Shown: piece by piece, positions 10,066 through 18,382 of the stretch | Numbering within the stretch: the stretch's first letter is position 1 | How the letters are laid out: each line of letters begins with the position of its first letter | Assembly: GCF_000015145.1 (NCBI RefSeq) | Contig: NC_008818.1 | Location: 1,050,001 to 1,082,000, forward strand | DNA: 32,000 nucleotides | Direction: 5' to 3' | From: Hyperthermus butylicus DSM 5456 | GTDB taxonomy: Archaea; Thermoproteota; Thermoprotei_A; Sulfolobales; Pyrodictiaceae | The notes under the pieces: generated by a model | The model's database searches: none | Told to the model about the DNA's origin: nothing | What the model saw: the letters and a program-made list of their open reading frames with translations, nothing else | Made by a program: the position numbers and the translations under genes

Positions 10066-10884
10066 TTGGCTCAGAACGGAGGGTCAAGGGTGCAGCAATA
10101 CAGCCGCGGAGAGGAGCTCCCCTTAACGCCGCCCAGACCGGACATCGGCGCGCTAGTAGTCGCCGTCATGGTTGGCGCATTGCTCGTCGCTGCTGGAAAG
10201 CCCACTGGGCTCGCCTTCTTCCTCGCCGCCGTGGCCGGGCTGGTTGCGCTCCCCATACTTTTCCTCGCCCGCGAACTAGCCGTATTTCATGCAGGTAGGA
10301 AGCCCCTTGAGCCCAGCAAGGCTGGCCTTGTGGCTGACTGGGTGGCCGCAGTTGCGAGGGAGGCCGGAGCCCAGAAGACATCGATACTCTACGTATACCG
10401 TAGAGGCGTGAGCCTCCAGGTGGTACAGTTCGGCGAGCCCATAGCCAGGGAGAGAAACCCCAGGCTTGAGGCAGGACTTACCTGGCTCGTCCACCGCGCA
10501 GCTTGGAACGGGCTACTAGCAACAATGCTCCACCGTGGCCTCCTCATAGTGGCGCTTCCCGCCCGGACTATGCATATGCTTTACAGGCTTGTCGGCTGGG
10601 ATAGGCACGGCCCATACGTAGTCCTCAAGGGAAAAGAGGCCGTCATAACTGTATACAGGGCGCTGAGGGAGATGTTGACAGCACTATCCCAGGGAGCAAA
10701 CCGTGCATACATAGCCTACGCCGCGACAAAGCTCGCTACAAGGCTGCTGGTCCGGGGGCTCCTGCGCATAGACCCTACCGAGGCTGAGCGCCTCGACGCA
10801 CTGCTACCCGCGGAGCCCCCATGGGTGCGGTGGAGGGTGCAGCGCCAGCTAGCCGAGGAAGCCGTTGAGGCCATAGGAGCTTAG
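10066..10884 (+). CDS. Hypothetical membrane protein, 272 aa
   Basis: Two adjacent hydrophobic segments near the N-terminus (IGALVVAVMVGALLVAAG; LAFFLAAVAGLVALPILFLA) in a long GC-rich open frame. Confidence 0.6.
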   Translation: MAQNGGSRVQQYSRGEELPLTPPRPDIGALVVAVMVGALLVAAGKPTGLAFFLAAVAGLVALPILFLARELAVFHAGRKPLEPSKAGLVADWVAAVAREAGAQKTSILYVYRRGVSLQVVQFGEPIARERNPRLEAGLTWLVHRAAWNGLLATMLHRGLLIVALPARTMHMLYRLVGWDRHGPYVVLKGKEAVITVYRALREMLTALSQGANRAYIAYAATKLATRLLVRGLLRIDPTEAERLDALLPAEPPWVRWRVQRQLAEEAVEAIGA

Positions 10885-10960
10885 TATTTATGCGGAGCAG
10901 AAACAGTATAACTACCATGCCGGGCTGTGAGGAGGTGCTTTTCACCCGACCCCACGGACG

Positions 10961-10990
10961 GGGCTGCGGAGCGCTTGCCGCTCCGAGCCC
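10961..10990 (+). other. Strong GC-rich hairpin in an intergenic region between convergent genes (possible ncRNA or terminator element)
   Basis: GGGCT-GC-GGAGCG-[CTTGC]-CGCTCC-G-AGCCC, 11 paired bases. A second hairpin GGGCT-GATG-AGCCC lies at 11007-11020. Confidence 0.35.
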
Positions 10991-11058
10991 TCCACGCGCC
11001 TCTAGCGGGCTGATGAGCCCACCCTTGGCTTAGCCCCTTTGCAGGTGCTGAGCTGCTT

Positions 11059-11418
11059 TTAGGCTGACCCGCCGCATCTTCCCGATGCTTCAGCCCTCAT
11101 ACCTACGGGACCGTGATACCCCTCGGTAACCACCTTTACCTCGCCACCTCCTAGTGCTTCACAGAAGTCCCTGACAATTGTAGCTGTCAGCTCCTCTTGC
11201 AGTATCTTCCTGCCCTTGTAGCTCTGTAGGTAGAAGTGAAAGCTCAAAGCCTCAATGTAGCGGCAAACCCTGCCCGCCGATGACGGCTTATACTCTACTA
11301 TCACCCTGTACAAGTCAACCATACCCGTAACCGGGCATACAGCCTCAACACTACCCGTAAGCACAACCTTTTCAACGCAAGCCTCGCCTTCAACAACCCT
11401 TAGCTCCTTGTGCTGCAT
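11059..11418 (-). CDS. Hypothetical protein, 119 aa
   Basis: Open frame with a single Cys pair (CPVTG...GRVCRYIEALSFHFYLQSYKG), convergent with the upstream gene. Confidence 0.5.
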   Translation of the reverse strand: MQHKELRVVEGEACVEKVVLTGSVEAVCPVTGMVDLYRVIVEYKPSSAGRVCRYIEALSFHFYLQSYKGRKILQEELTATIVRDFCEALGGGEVKVVTEGYHGPVGMRAEASGRCGGSA

Positions 11419-11592
11419 TGTTCCCGCCCAAGCAGGGAAACAATGCTTGCTCCCCTTATGACCCTAGAGGTGCACAGCATTCGGCGCTCCCAAGCCTTGA
11501 AGCAGGGCGCCAACGCTACAATGGATGTGGAACTGTATAACGCTACATTAGACTAGCTCCACCATACCCTCTGGCCTGGTGTCTGTGGAGCC

Positions 11593-12309
11593 TTGAACAG
11601 CCCCCTTGACGAGGTTCTAGCTGTTAACCCGGCAGCACTAGAGGAAACATACCGCAGCAGAGAGCTCTTCCAGGGATACCGTGTAGAGCCGCCCTTCGCA
11701 CTACGGCTCGACGGTGTTGGGTGGGGACACCGCCTAGAGGGCTTCACGCAGCCCCGCGACCTCCGCGTGCACCGCGCACTGGTACACGCTGTTATGGAGG
11801 TTCTAAGACTGCTGGGGGGCTGCTGTGGCTACGTGGTCAGCGACGAGGCCAACATTGTCTTCCTAGACGAGGCCCCCTACGGTGGCCGCGTCGAGAAGCT
11901 AGCCAGCATATCTGCCGCCATAGCCTCAGCCACTGTATCCCTGGAACTCGGCCGCAGGCTATTCCTAGACTCCCGCGTTGTGAAGCTCTACAGCAAACGG
12001 GACGCCTACCGCTACCTACTCTACCGCGCACGGGTCGGCTTCAACAACTACGTCTCAACACTCTACCACCAACACCTAGGCTCCAAGAAGTACACGCCAC
12101 CACTACACGTAATGCTACACGAACTACGAGAGAAGACAGACCTCGACCCCCTCAAGGGGCCGCACTGGCGTAGCCTGGGCAGCTGCATAGCATACCTAGA
12201 AGCCGAAAGACAATCCAACAACACCATGGCTCTGAGGAGACGAATAGCAGCAATGGACGGCCTCGAACTCTGCAGAAAGAAGCTACTAGAAAACGAGGGC
12301 AAGGAATAA
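11593..12309 (+). CDS. tRNA-His guanylyltransferase / Thg1-like protein
   Basis: FALRLDGVGWGHRLEGFTQPRDLRVHRALVHAV, YVVSDEANIVF and YRYLLYRARVGFNNYVSTLYHQHLG match the Thg1 family (RLDG; SDE; late xRxxxxxNN). Confidence 0.75.
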   Translation: MNSPLDEVLAVNPAALEETYRSRELFQGYRVEPPFALRLDGVGWGHRLEGFTQPRDLRVHRALVHAVMEVLRLLGGCCGYVVSDEANIVFLDEAPYGGRVEKLASISAAIASATVSLELGRRLFLDSRVVKLYSKRDAYRYLLYRARVGFNNYVSTLYHQHLGSKKYTPPLHVMLHELREKTDLDPLKGPHWRSLGSCIAYLEAERQSNNTMALRRRIAAMDGLELCRKKLLENEGKE

Positions 12310-12351
12310 AAACACCCCACACACCAGAACACTGAGGAATCATGGATTGGT

Positions 12352-12428
<77 letters not shown>

Positions 12429-12806
12429 CCCTCTACTCAAATCTCCTTCGCTTAGTTGCTGCTTTTACATGAGCCGCTCGTTCACGATTCTGTCGAGAGG
12501 CCCAACACACTTGGTGACTACTCTACCATTCTCTCGGCCTTGCGGGTAGACGTATATTCTTCCCTTGATCTTCTTAACTACAGGCTTGGGAGGCAAGGAC
12601 TAGACCCGTATCAGAGGCACATCAAGCATCTGTTATGTAGTTAACACGTAGACAGCTAACCCTGACAAGCAGAAATGGGCAGCCAAGAGGAGTCTACAAT
12701 CAACTCCTTGTAGCTGAGGACACAAGTAGTTAAGTTACCATGTTTTGTTACACCTCTATATGAGGTTAAGAATTCCACATTAAGGTGGATTAGGTAGAGG
12801 GGCACC

Positions 12807-13203
12807 ATGTTTACAGACTATAAAATAAGGTATTACTTCTGCGAGAGGTATGTTACTGACTCTACGCTTCTTCCCAACTCCATACTTCAAGACTTTAGCT
12901 ATCAGCATGAACTCATAATAAACTTGCTTAGGGAGATAAAGGAGAGAATTGGCATAGATTACGAGCTTTACCCGTTAAGATGTAATGACGAGGAGATTAT
13001 TTATAAAGAGCACTTTGTTAGGAGAAGCAGAATACAAGATTCACGACCTTACAGTTTCCCAAGCTCTTAAATCAAATAGAGGAAACGTCTACATACATGG
13101 AGTTATAGCTCTTGTAAAGAATGGAGAAGTTGTATGGTATCTCAAGGGTTGGAAACGCGACTATAATTTATGGCACGAGAAGACCGAGGAAATAAAGCCG
13201 TAA
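12807..13203 (+). pseudogene. Possible broken gene; two overlapping ORF fragments in different frames
   Basis: 12807..13070 (frame 3) and 12985..13203 (frame 1) overlap in an AT-rich island. The second contains a protein-like segment (SQALKSNRGNVYIHGVIALVKNGEVVWYLKGWKRDYNLWHEKTEEIKP). Confidence 0.35.
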
Positions 13204-13368
13204 GAAGAGGCTTAGGTTCCTAGGCCTACAAGTAGGCTTTCTTATGCTTGTTCTTGAGAATCCACAGTACCTCACAGACATTATAGAATACCTCTTGGCG
13301 TTAAGCTTATTAATACCGCTAAACCTCGTACCACAGTAACTCCATATGCTTATTCAATAAAGAGCGTA

Positions 13369-13740
13369 ATGCTTGCAGCGTTTCCTCTACGCGCAGACAT
13401 AGTAGCAATCAAAGATCCTTCGAACATACAACCAGGCATATACCTCTTTGCACGTGGATTAAGACAGGCATATAGGCTTAGCAGGCTGCAAGAGGAGTAT
13501 AGCATGTTTCCCGACACAAGAGTTAGTACCTTACTTGTTGATGATCTTGCAGAAATGGAAATACACGGCAGAAAGGCAGTAGTAGTTGAGGTTAAAGCCG
13601 ATAGAGTGAGCGAGCAAGCTATAGGCCGGCTTCTAACATATGAAGCTCTATTAAGAATTGAGACCTGGATCCAATACATAGATAAAGTCATAGCTGCACC
13701 AAAGAATGATGCACTGAGCATAAAGCTGATGGAACTCTAG
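13369..13740 (+). pseudogene. Fragment or solo domain resembling a PD-(D/E)XK nuclease-type fold
   Basis: RVSTLLVDDLAEMEIHGRKAVVVEVKADRVSEQAIGRLLTYEALL has a D...EVK...[Q->R]LLxY arrangement. The frame stays open upstream to about 13259 without a good start codon. Confidence 0.4.
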
Positions 13741-13894
13741 TGCAACAGTTTTAATGGCCTCATCCTATAGTATTTGATCTCAAATATTTTGGTTATCTCT
13801 CCATCTTCTCTAAGTTGCACTAAGCAATCCCCACATATCTCCACATAAGTAGATAGTTTTTAGTGTGCTTCTTGCCAAGGGGCCTTCCCTCATC

Positions 13895-13916
13895 ATCAGT
13901 TTTATATCAGTTTTAT
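13895..13916 (+). repeat. Perfect 11-bp tandem duplication (ATCAGTTTTAT x2)
   Basis: Read directly: ATCAGTTTTAT ATCAGTTTTAT. Confidence 0.8.
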
Positions 13917-13952
13917 AATGGTGGCGGTTTATACAATAGAAGCTACGTCCGC

Positions 13953-13971
13953 ATAGCTCGCAACGAGCTAT
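13953..13971 (+). repeat. 8-bp perfect inverted repeat with 3-nt loop
   Basis: ATAGCTCG-CAA-CGAGCTAT. Confidence 0.75.
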
Positions 13972-14485
13972 ATAATCAGTTACGTGCTTAACTTGGAACT
14001 GGCATCAATACAAACCCTCTATACTACTGCTTTATAGTGTCCCATTACGTCTGTTTCTTCAACTCTTTTTACTAACAAAGCGTTGAAATAGCTCCCAGCA
14101 CCCTGAAATACGGATCAAGGCTTTCATTCACTAAACGGTCTATCCCTCATACCTAGAAGAAGCTAAGACATAGCACGTTTTCACTCAACGGGCAAACTCT
14201 GTCCTAGCCACAATACACGCTCCACGCTTTTAAGTATTGCAATAATTGTAAGGTGATAATTACTAATGTGTATAGTTTCGTGTGAACTGCTTGTCCTTCG
14301 TCTGGAATGTAGGGATAAGTTACCCAATATCATATGATGCAAAGCGTTCTTATGTTTCGGAACTAAATTGTAGATTGTATTATTGGTGGGTGTATTTTAC
14401 ATAGTACCCTTTACATAGTTAAACACGTGTTATATAGTCTATTTGCTTCTTCAGTGTAAATAATTTTTAATATTGCTAAACTCAG

Positions 14486-14515
14486 ATATTTTAAACAGTG
14501 ATATCTTAAACAGTG
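14486..14515 (+). repeat. 15-bp tandem repeat upstream of fdhA, overlapping a TATA-like TTTTAAA/CTTAAA
   Basis: GATATTTTAAACAGT followed directly by GATATCTTAAACAGT (one mismatch), ending 23 bp before the ATG at 14539. Confidence 0.85.
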
Positions 14516-14538
14516 TGGAGGCTTGAGGCGATAGGGGT

Positions 14539-17500
14539 ATGCAGAGGACTGACAACAATTCTCTTAAGCTCTCTAGGCGTGCGCTGCTGCGTGCTGCTAT
14601 CGTTGGCGGTGTAATGGCTGTTCTCCCGAAGGCTTCTCTACGTGCGCTTGGATTTGCTGCTCCTAAGCGCTATCGTCTCGGCGAGATTGGCAGCCTAGAT
14701 CTCGAGGAGACTGTTGAGGTTCGCGGCGTCTGCACCTACTGTAGCGTTGGCTGTGGCATAATATTCTACAGGAGGGGTAACCGCGTAGTCTACCTTGAAG
14801 GCGATCCTGACAACCCGCTTAACGAGGGTAAGCTCTGTGCTAAGGGTAAGGCTGGCATCCAGCTGTTCGGCGCACAGAACCCGCTGAGGGCTAGGAAGCC
14901 GCTGATCCGTGTTAGCCCGAAGCCTAAGCCGGAGGAGATCCTGGCGGCAAGGGATAGCAATGAGCTAATGAAGGTTCTCGAGAAGTACAAGCCTGTATGG
15001 CGAGAGGTTACGTGGGAGGAGGCATTCGCCTACATAATGAAGAAGATGAGGGAGATACTGGAGGAGAACCGTGACGCTATAAGAGCCTACCACCCCTACG
15101 ACGGCAAGGTCTGTGACAGCAAGAAGGGCTGCTGGTTCCGGCTGGGCAACCAGTACCCAGTCATGATAATTGCCGGTGCTAAGCTGCTAAACGAGGAGGC
15201 ATACCTCATAAGGAAGATATCGATGCTCATAGGGAGCAACAACATAGACCACGATGCTCGGCGCTGCCACTCAACCACCGTGGCGGGTCTCGCCGGCACC
15301 GTTGGCTTCGGTGCGCAGACCCAGAGCTTCCCCGACACCCAGTACATCAGCGTCTACCTTATCCTCGGCGGCAACCCTGCAGAGGCACACCCTGTTAGCA
15401 TGAGGCATGTAATGAAGGGCGTGAATAGGGGTACGCTAAAGCTGGTTGTTGTGGACCCGAGGTACGGTAGGACTGCTTCCAAGGCTGAGCTGTTCGCATT
15501 CCACAGGCCGGGCACTGATATAGCGGTTCTCTACTACCTGCTGCACTACGCGTTCTGGGAACGCAACCCACCCATAGACCAGCTGCCAGAGTTTAAGGAG
15601 TATGCCAAGAGGTTCAACATAGACCTCGAAGAGATAGAGGAGATTAAGGATATTGCCAAGAGGTTTACCGCCGAAGAGGTATCAAGGATAACTGGTATAC
15701 CGGTAGACAAGCTGAGGGAGATAGCAAAGCTATTTGTCGAGAATAGCGGTGTAACCACAGGCTTCAAGAGGTTTGCCTCGATAGAGTGGGCTATGGGTCT
15801 TACACAGCACCATGTAGGCACCCAGAATACCAGGCTTGCGACACTAGTACAGCTAGCCCTCGGCAACGTTGGATTCCCGGGCGGTGGCCTCAACCCATAC
15901 CGTGGCCACAGTAACGTGCAGGGCACCACTGACCTCTGTATACTGAGCCACATATTCCCAGGCTACATCAAGATACCGACCAACAGCAAGCAGATACGTG
16001 CATATCAGGAGTGGAAGCTGAAGGGCTTCCCAGACGCGTTCAACTGGAGGCCAAGCATGAATACTTGTAAGGCTCTCGGCCTAAAGTGTGAGGAGTGCGA
16101 CGAGAATGGCGACAACTGTAAGCTACGCGTTGATAGCAACGCACTACTCTGGTCATGGTGGTTCATGAACTGGCGCCGCTACGAGCTGGCAATGGGCATC
16201 TTTGTTGGCACCGACCCGGAGGACAAGCCATGGGACGAGAATAGTGCTGTGATAAGTGATCTACCACTCAACAAGGGCTACACCGAGAACACATGGTGGA
16301 TGGGTGTCCTAATGCCAGACGACCCGAGGACTAAGAAGATAGGAGGCAAGATAGATGCTATGTGGATATTCGCTGAGAACATAGCTGTAAGCAATGCAGA
16401 TGCAAAGATGACCATGGCCGCACTGTCGGCTCTAAAGCTGCTAGTGGTTGCAGACATATTCCTAAGCGAGACCGCGTGGTTCGCCGACGTATTCCTCCCA
16501 TCGGCATTCCAGTACGAGAAGGAGGGCAGCATAACCAATAGCAACCGCTGGATACAGTGGCAGCACCGCGTCGTAGAGCCGCCGGGCGATGCCAAGCCAG
16601 ACCTATGGATAATGTACAAGTTCTGGGAGTACATGAGGCGTAGCGGGCTCGTAAGGCTACCCAGCGAGGAGTATGGAAAGAGGGTTGAGAGGGTTCTAGT
16701 GAAGCACCCCGACGCTGACACCGTCGTCGAGCTGTACAGGAGGAAGATAGAGCCATTCATGAACTATGGCAGCTCTAGATACCCGTGGCGCGACTATCAG
16801 GAGGTAGATCCCGTCCTGGTATACAAGGAGATTGACGCCGCTGTAGACCTCTACTATGGCCAGTACGACTGGGCTCACGACAAGATTCTAGCAATGAGGC
16901 GTATCAGTGCGCCACGCGTACCCGGCCAGCCCGACGGCCTCATCGATAGCGGCGAACTGGAGCACCCAGGTGGTAAGGCTCCGCTAAGGCTCTACAAGGA
17001 CTGGGGCTGGAGCTGGCCTAGGAATGTTAGGATACTCTACAACCTCTACACACTAGACAAGACCTTCGGCATTAAGGATAAGTTCACCTTTGAGTCTGGC
17101 AAGTACGCTGTAGGCCCCGAGCTAGATGGCAAGACTGTAGAGATTTGGGGCGAGACTGGAGAGATCATAGATGCGAAGACCAAGGAGCCAAGACCAGCAT
17201 TCATACCGGGACACAACTTCTTCATCGGCAAGTACTATAAGAGGGCATGGACCTGTCTCACCGAGAAGTGCCGCGAGAAGTCTACAGCTGACATATTCAC
17301 CGGCGCTGTATCCGCTGAGGAGCTGATAAGGGAGGGCAAGACTGCTGGCAAGATAGTCGTCTGGAGGCTTGACGGCAGCTACGAGGTGAAGACGGTTGAC
17401 GAGCTAGGTATAAGGTGTCCAATGTGCGAGAGCTTCTACTACGATGAGGAGCTAGTAATAGGCTATGGCAAAGCTGCATTCAACAAGCCGTACTTCAAGG

Positions 17501-18339
17501 GCTCCAAGACAGTTAATGGCAAAGTGGTAGTCTACAAGGACTGGAAGGAGTGGCGCCAGGTGCACGACAAGTTCATCGAGGAGTTCAAGAGCTGTATGGC
17601 TGGCAACCCTGAGAACTACAGGAAGTGTGTCAAGCAGATGATTGATAAGTATGGCGAGTGGTATGCCACAATGGGCCCCGACGGCAACGTATGGGCATAC
17701 AGTATAAACTATCCATACCACTTCGAGCCCGTTGAGAGCCCAAGCCTCGAGCTAGCCACAACATACCCTGCAATAGCATGGAGAAGGATAGAGAACATGT
17801 TCTACATTGAGCCGCCAGAAAAGATGCCAGAACTCTACAAGGCTGTCACCGCTACCATGGAGGAGCTGCAGCGCATAGCACCAGAGGGCGCTGCCATAGT
17901 TGTTGTCACCGAGAATAGGCTTGAGGAACACTGGCACACAGGCATGATGAGCAGGAATGTGCCCTACCTAGCAGAGCTAATTCCAGAGCCATTCATAGAG
18001 ATACCGAAGGAGCTAGCAGACAAGCTAGGGATTAAGAGTGGCGACGTAGTAGAGGTTGGCAATAACAGAAACGTGATCTACCTGAGGGCACTTGTCACCC
18101 ATAGAATGCCAAAGCTAAACATCGCTGGCAAGGAGGTCTACGTAGTCAACATACCATGGCACTGGGGCTGGAGCGGGGCACACAACAGCTTCGACGTAGC
18201 CAATACAATATCGATACTAGCACTGGACATCGTAACAACAATGCAGGAGACCAAGGCGTTCCTGGCGTGGCTGAGGAAGGCGCCGCCAGAGAAGTACACG
18301 TACAAGTCAGAGCCTAGGATAAAAACAGCTATTGCTTAA
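14539..18339 (+). CDS. fdhA: Formate dehydrogenase major (catalytic) subunit, Mo/W-bisPGD, Tat-exported, Cys rather than Sec at the active site
   Basis: SRRALLRAAIVGG Tat-like leader, CTYCSVGCGIIF...GKLCAKG 4Fe-4S domain, DHDARRCHSTTVAGLAGTVG active-site region, GGNPAEAHPVSMRH, GFPGGGLNPYRGHSNVQGTTD, HWHTGMMSRNVPYLAELIPEPFIEI. Confidence 0.93.
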   Translation: MQRTDNNSLKLSRRALLRAAIVGGVMAVLPKASLRALGFAAPKRYRLGEIGSLDLEETVEVRGVCTYCSVGCGIIFYRRGNRVVYLEGDPDNPLNEGKLCAKGKAGIQLFGAQNPLRARKPLIRVSPKPKPEEILAARDSNELMKVLEKYKPVWREVTWEEAFAYIMKKMREILEENRDAIRAYHPYDGKVCDSKKGCWFRLGNQYPVMIIAGAKLLNEEAYLIRKISMLIGSNNIDHDARRCHSTTVAGLAGTVGFGAQTQSFPDTQYISVYLILGGNPAEAHPVSMRHVMKGVNRGTLKLVVVDPRYGRTASKAELFAFHRPGTDIAVLYYLLHYAFWERNPPIDQLPEFKEYAKRFNIDLEEIEEIKDIAKRFTAEEVSRITGIPVDKLREIAKLFVENSGVTTGFKRFASIEWAMGLTQHHVGTQNTRLATLVQLALGNVGFPGGGLNPYRGHSNVQGTTDLCILSHIFPGYIKIPTNSKQIRAYQEWKLKGFPDAFNWRPSMNTCKALGLKCEECDENGDNCKLRVDSNALLWSWWFMNWRRYELAMGIFVGTDPEDKPWDENSAVISDLPLNKGYTENTWWMGVLMPDDPRTKKIGGKIDAMWIFAENIAVSNADAKMTMAALSALKLLVVADIFLSETAWFADVFLPSAFQYEKEGSITNSNRWIQWQHRVVEPPGDAKPDLWIMYKFWEYMRRSGLVRLPSEEYGKRVERVLVKHPDADTVVELYRRKIEPFMNYGSSRYPWRDYQEVDPVLVYKEIDAAVDLYYGQYDWAHDKILAMRRISAPRVPGQPDGLIDSGELEHPGGKAPLRLYKDWGWSWPRNVRILYNLYTLDKTFGIKDKFTFESGKYAVGPELDGKTVEIWGETGEIIDAKTKEPRPAFIPGHNFFIGKYYKRAWTCLTEKCREKSTADIFTGAVSAEELIREGKTAGKIVVWRLDGSYEVKTVDELGIRCPMCESFYYDEELVIGYGKAAFNKPYFKGSKTVNGKVVVYKDWKEWRQVHDKFIEEFKSCMAGNPENYRKCVKQMIDKYGEWYATMGPDGNVWAYSINYPYHFEPVESPSLELATTYPAIAWRRIENMFYIEPPEKMPELYKAVTATMEELQRIAPEGAAIVVVTENRLEEHWHTGMMSRNVPYLAELIPEPFIEIPKELADKLGIKSGDVVEVGNNRNVIYLRALVTHRMPKLNIAGKEVYVVNIPWHWGWSGAHNSFDVANTISILALDIVTTMQETKAFLAWLRKAPPEKYTYKSEPRIKTAIA

Positions 18340-18382
18340 CCCACCAACAATGTTTAACCCATACACATGGTCCATGTAGGGG

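Noticed and set aside
13350-13721. Minus-strand ORF opposite the nuclease-like fragment
   Set aside because: Ser/Leu-rich mirror translation. The plus-strand product has a coherent EVK-type domain pattern, so this is probably a shadow.
13860-13900. Possible C/D box RNA on the minus strand (ATGATGA near 13890)
   Set aside because: A C-box-like string exists, but no D', C' or D boxes at suitable spacing were found.
15270-15290. Selenocysteine codon in FdhA
   Set aside because: The active-site position reads TGC (Cys) in ARRCHSTTVAGL, with no in-frame TGA in the ORF.
18365-18377. ACATGG-T-CCATGT palindrome before fdhB as an operator
   Set aside because: Only a 6-bp arm in a 40-bp intra-operon gap; likely chance or at most a minor feature.
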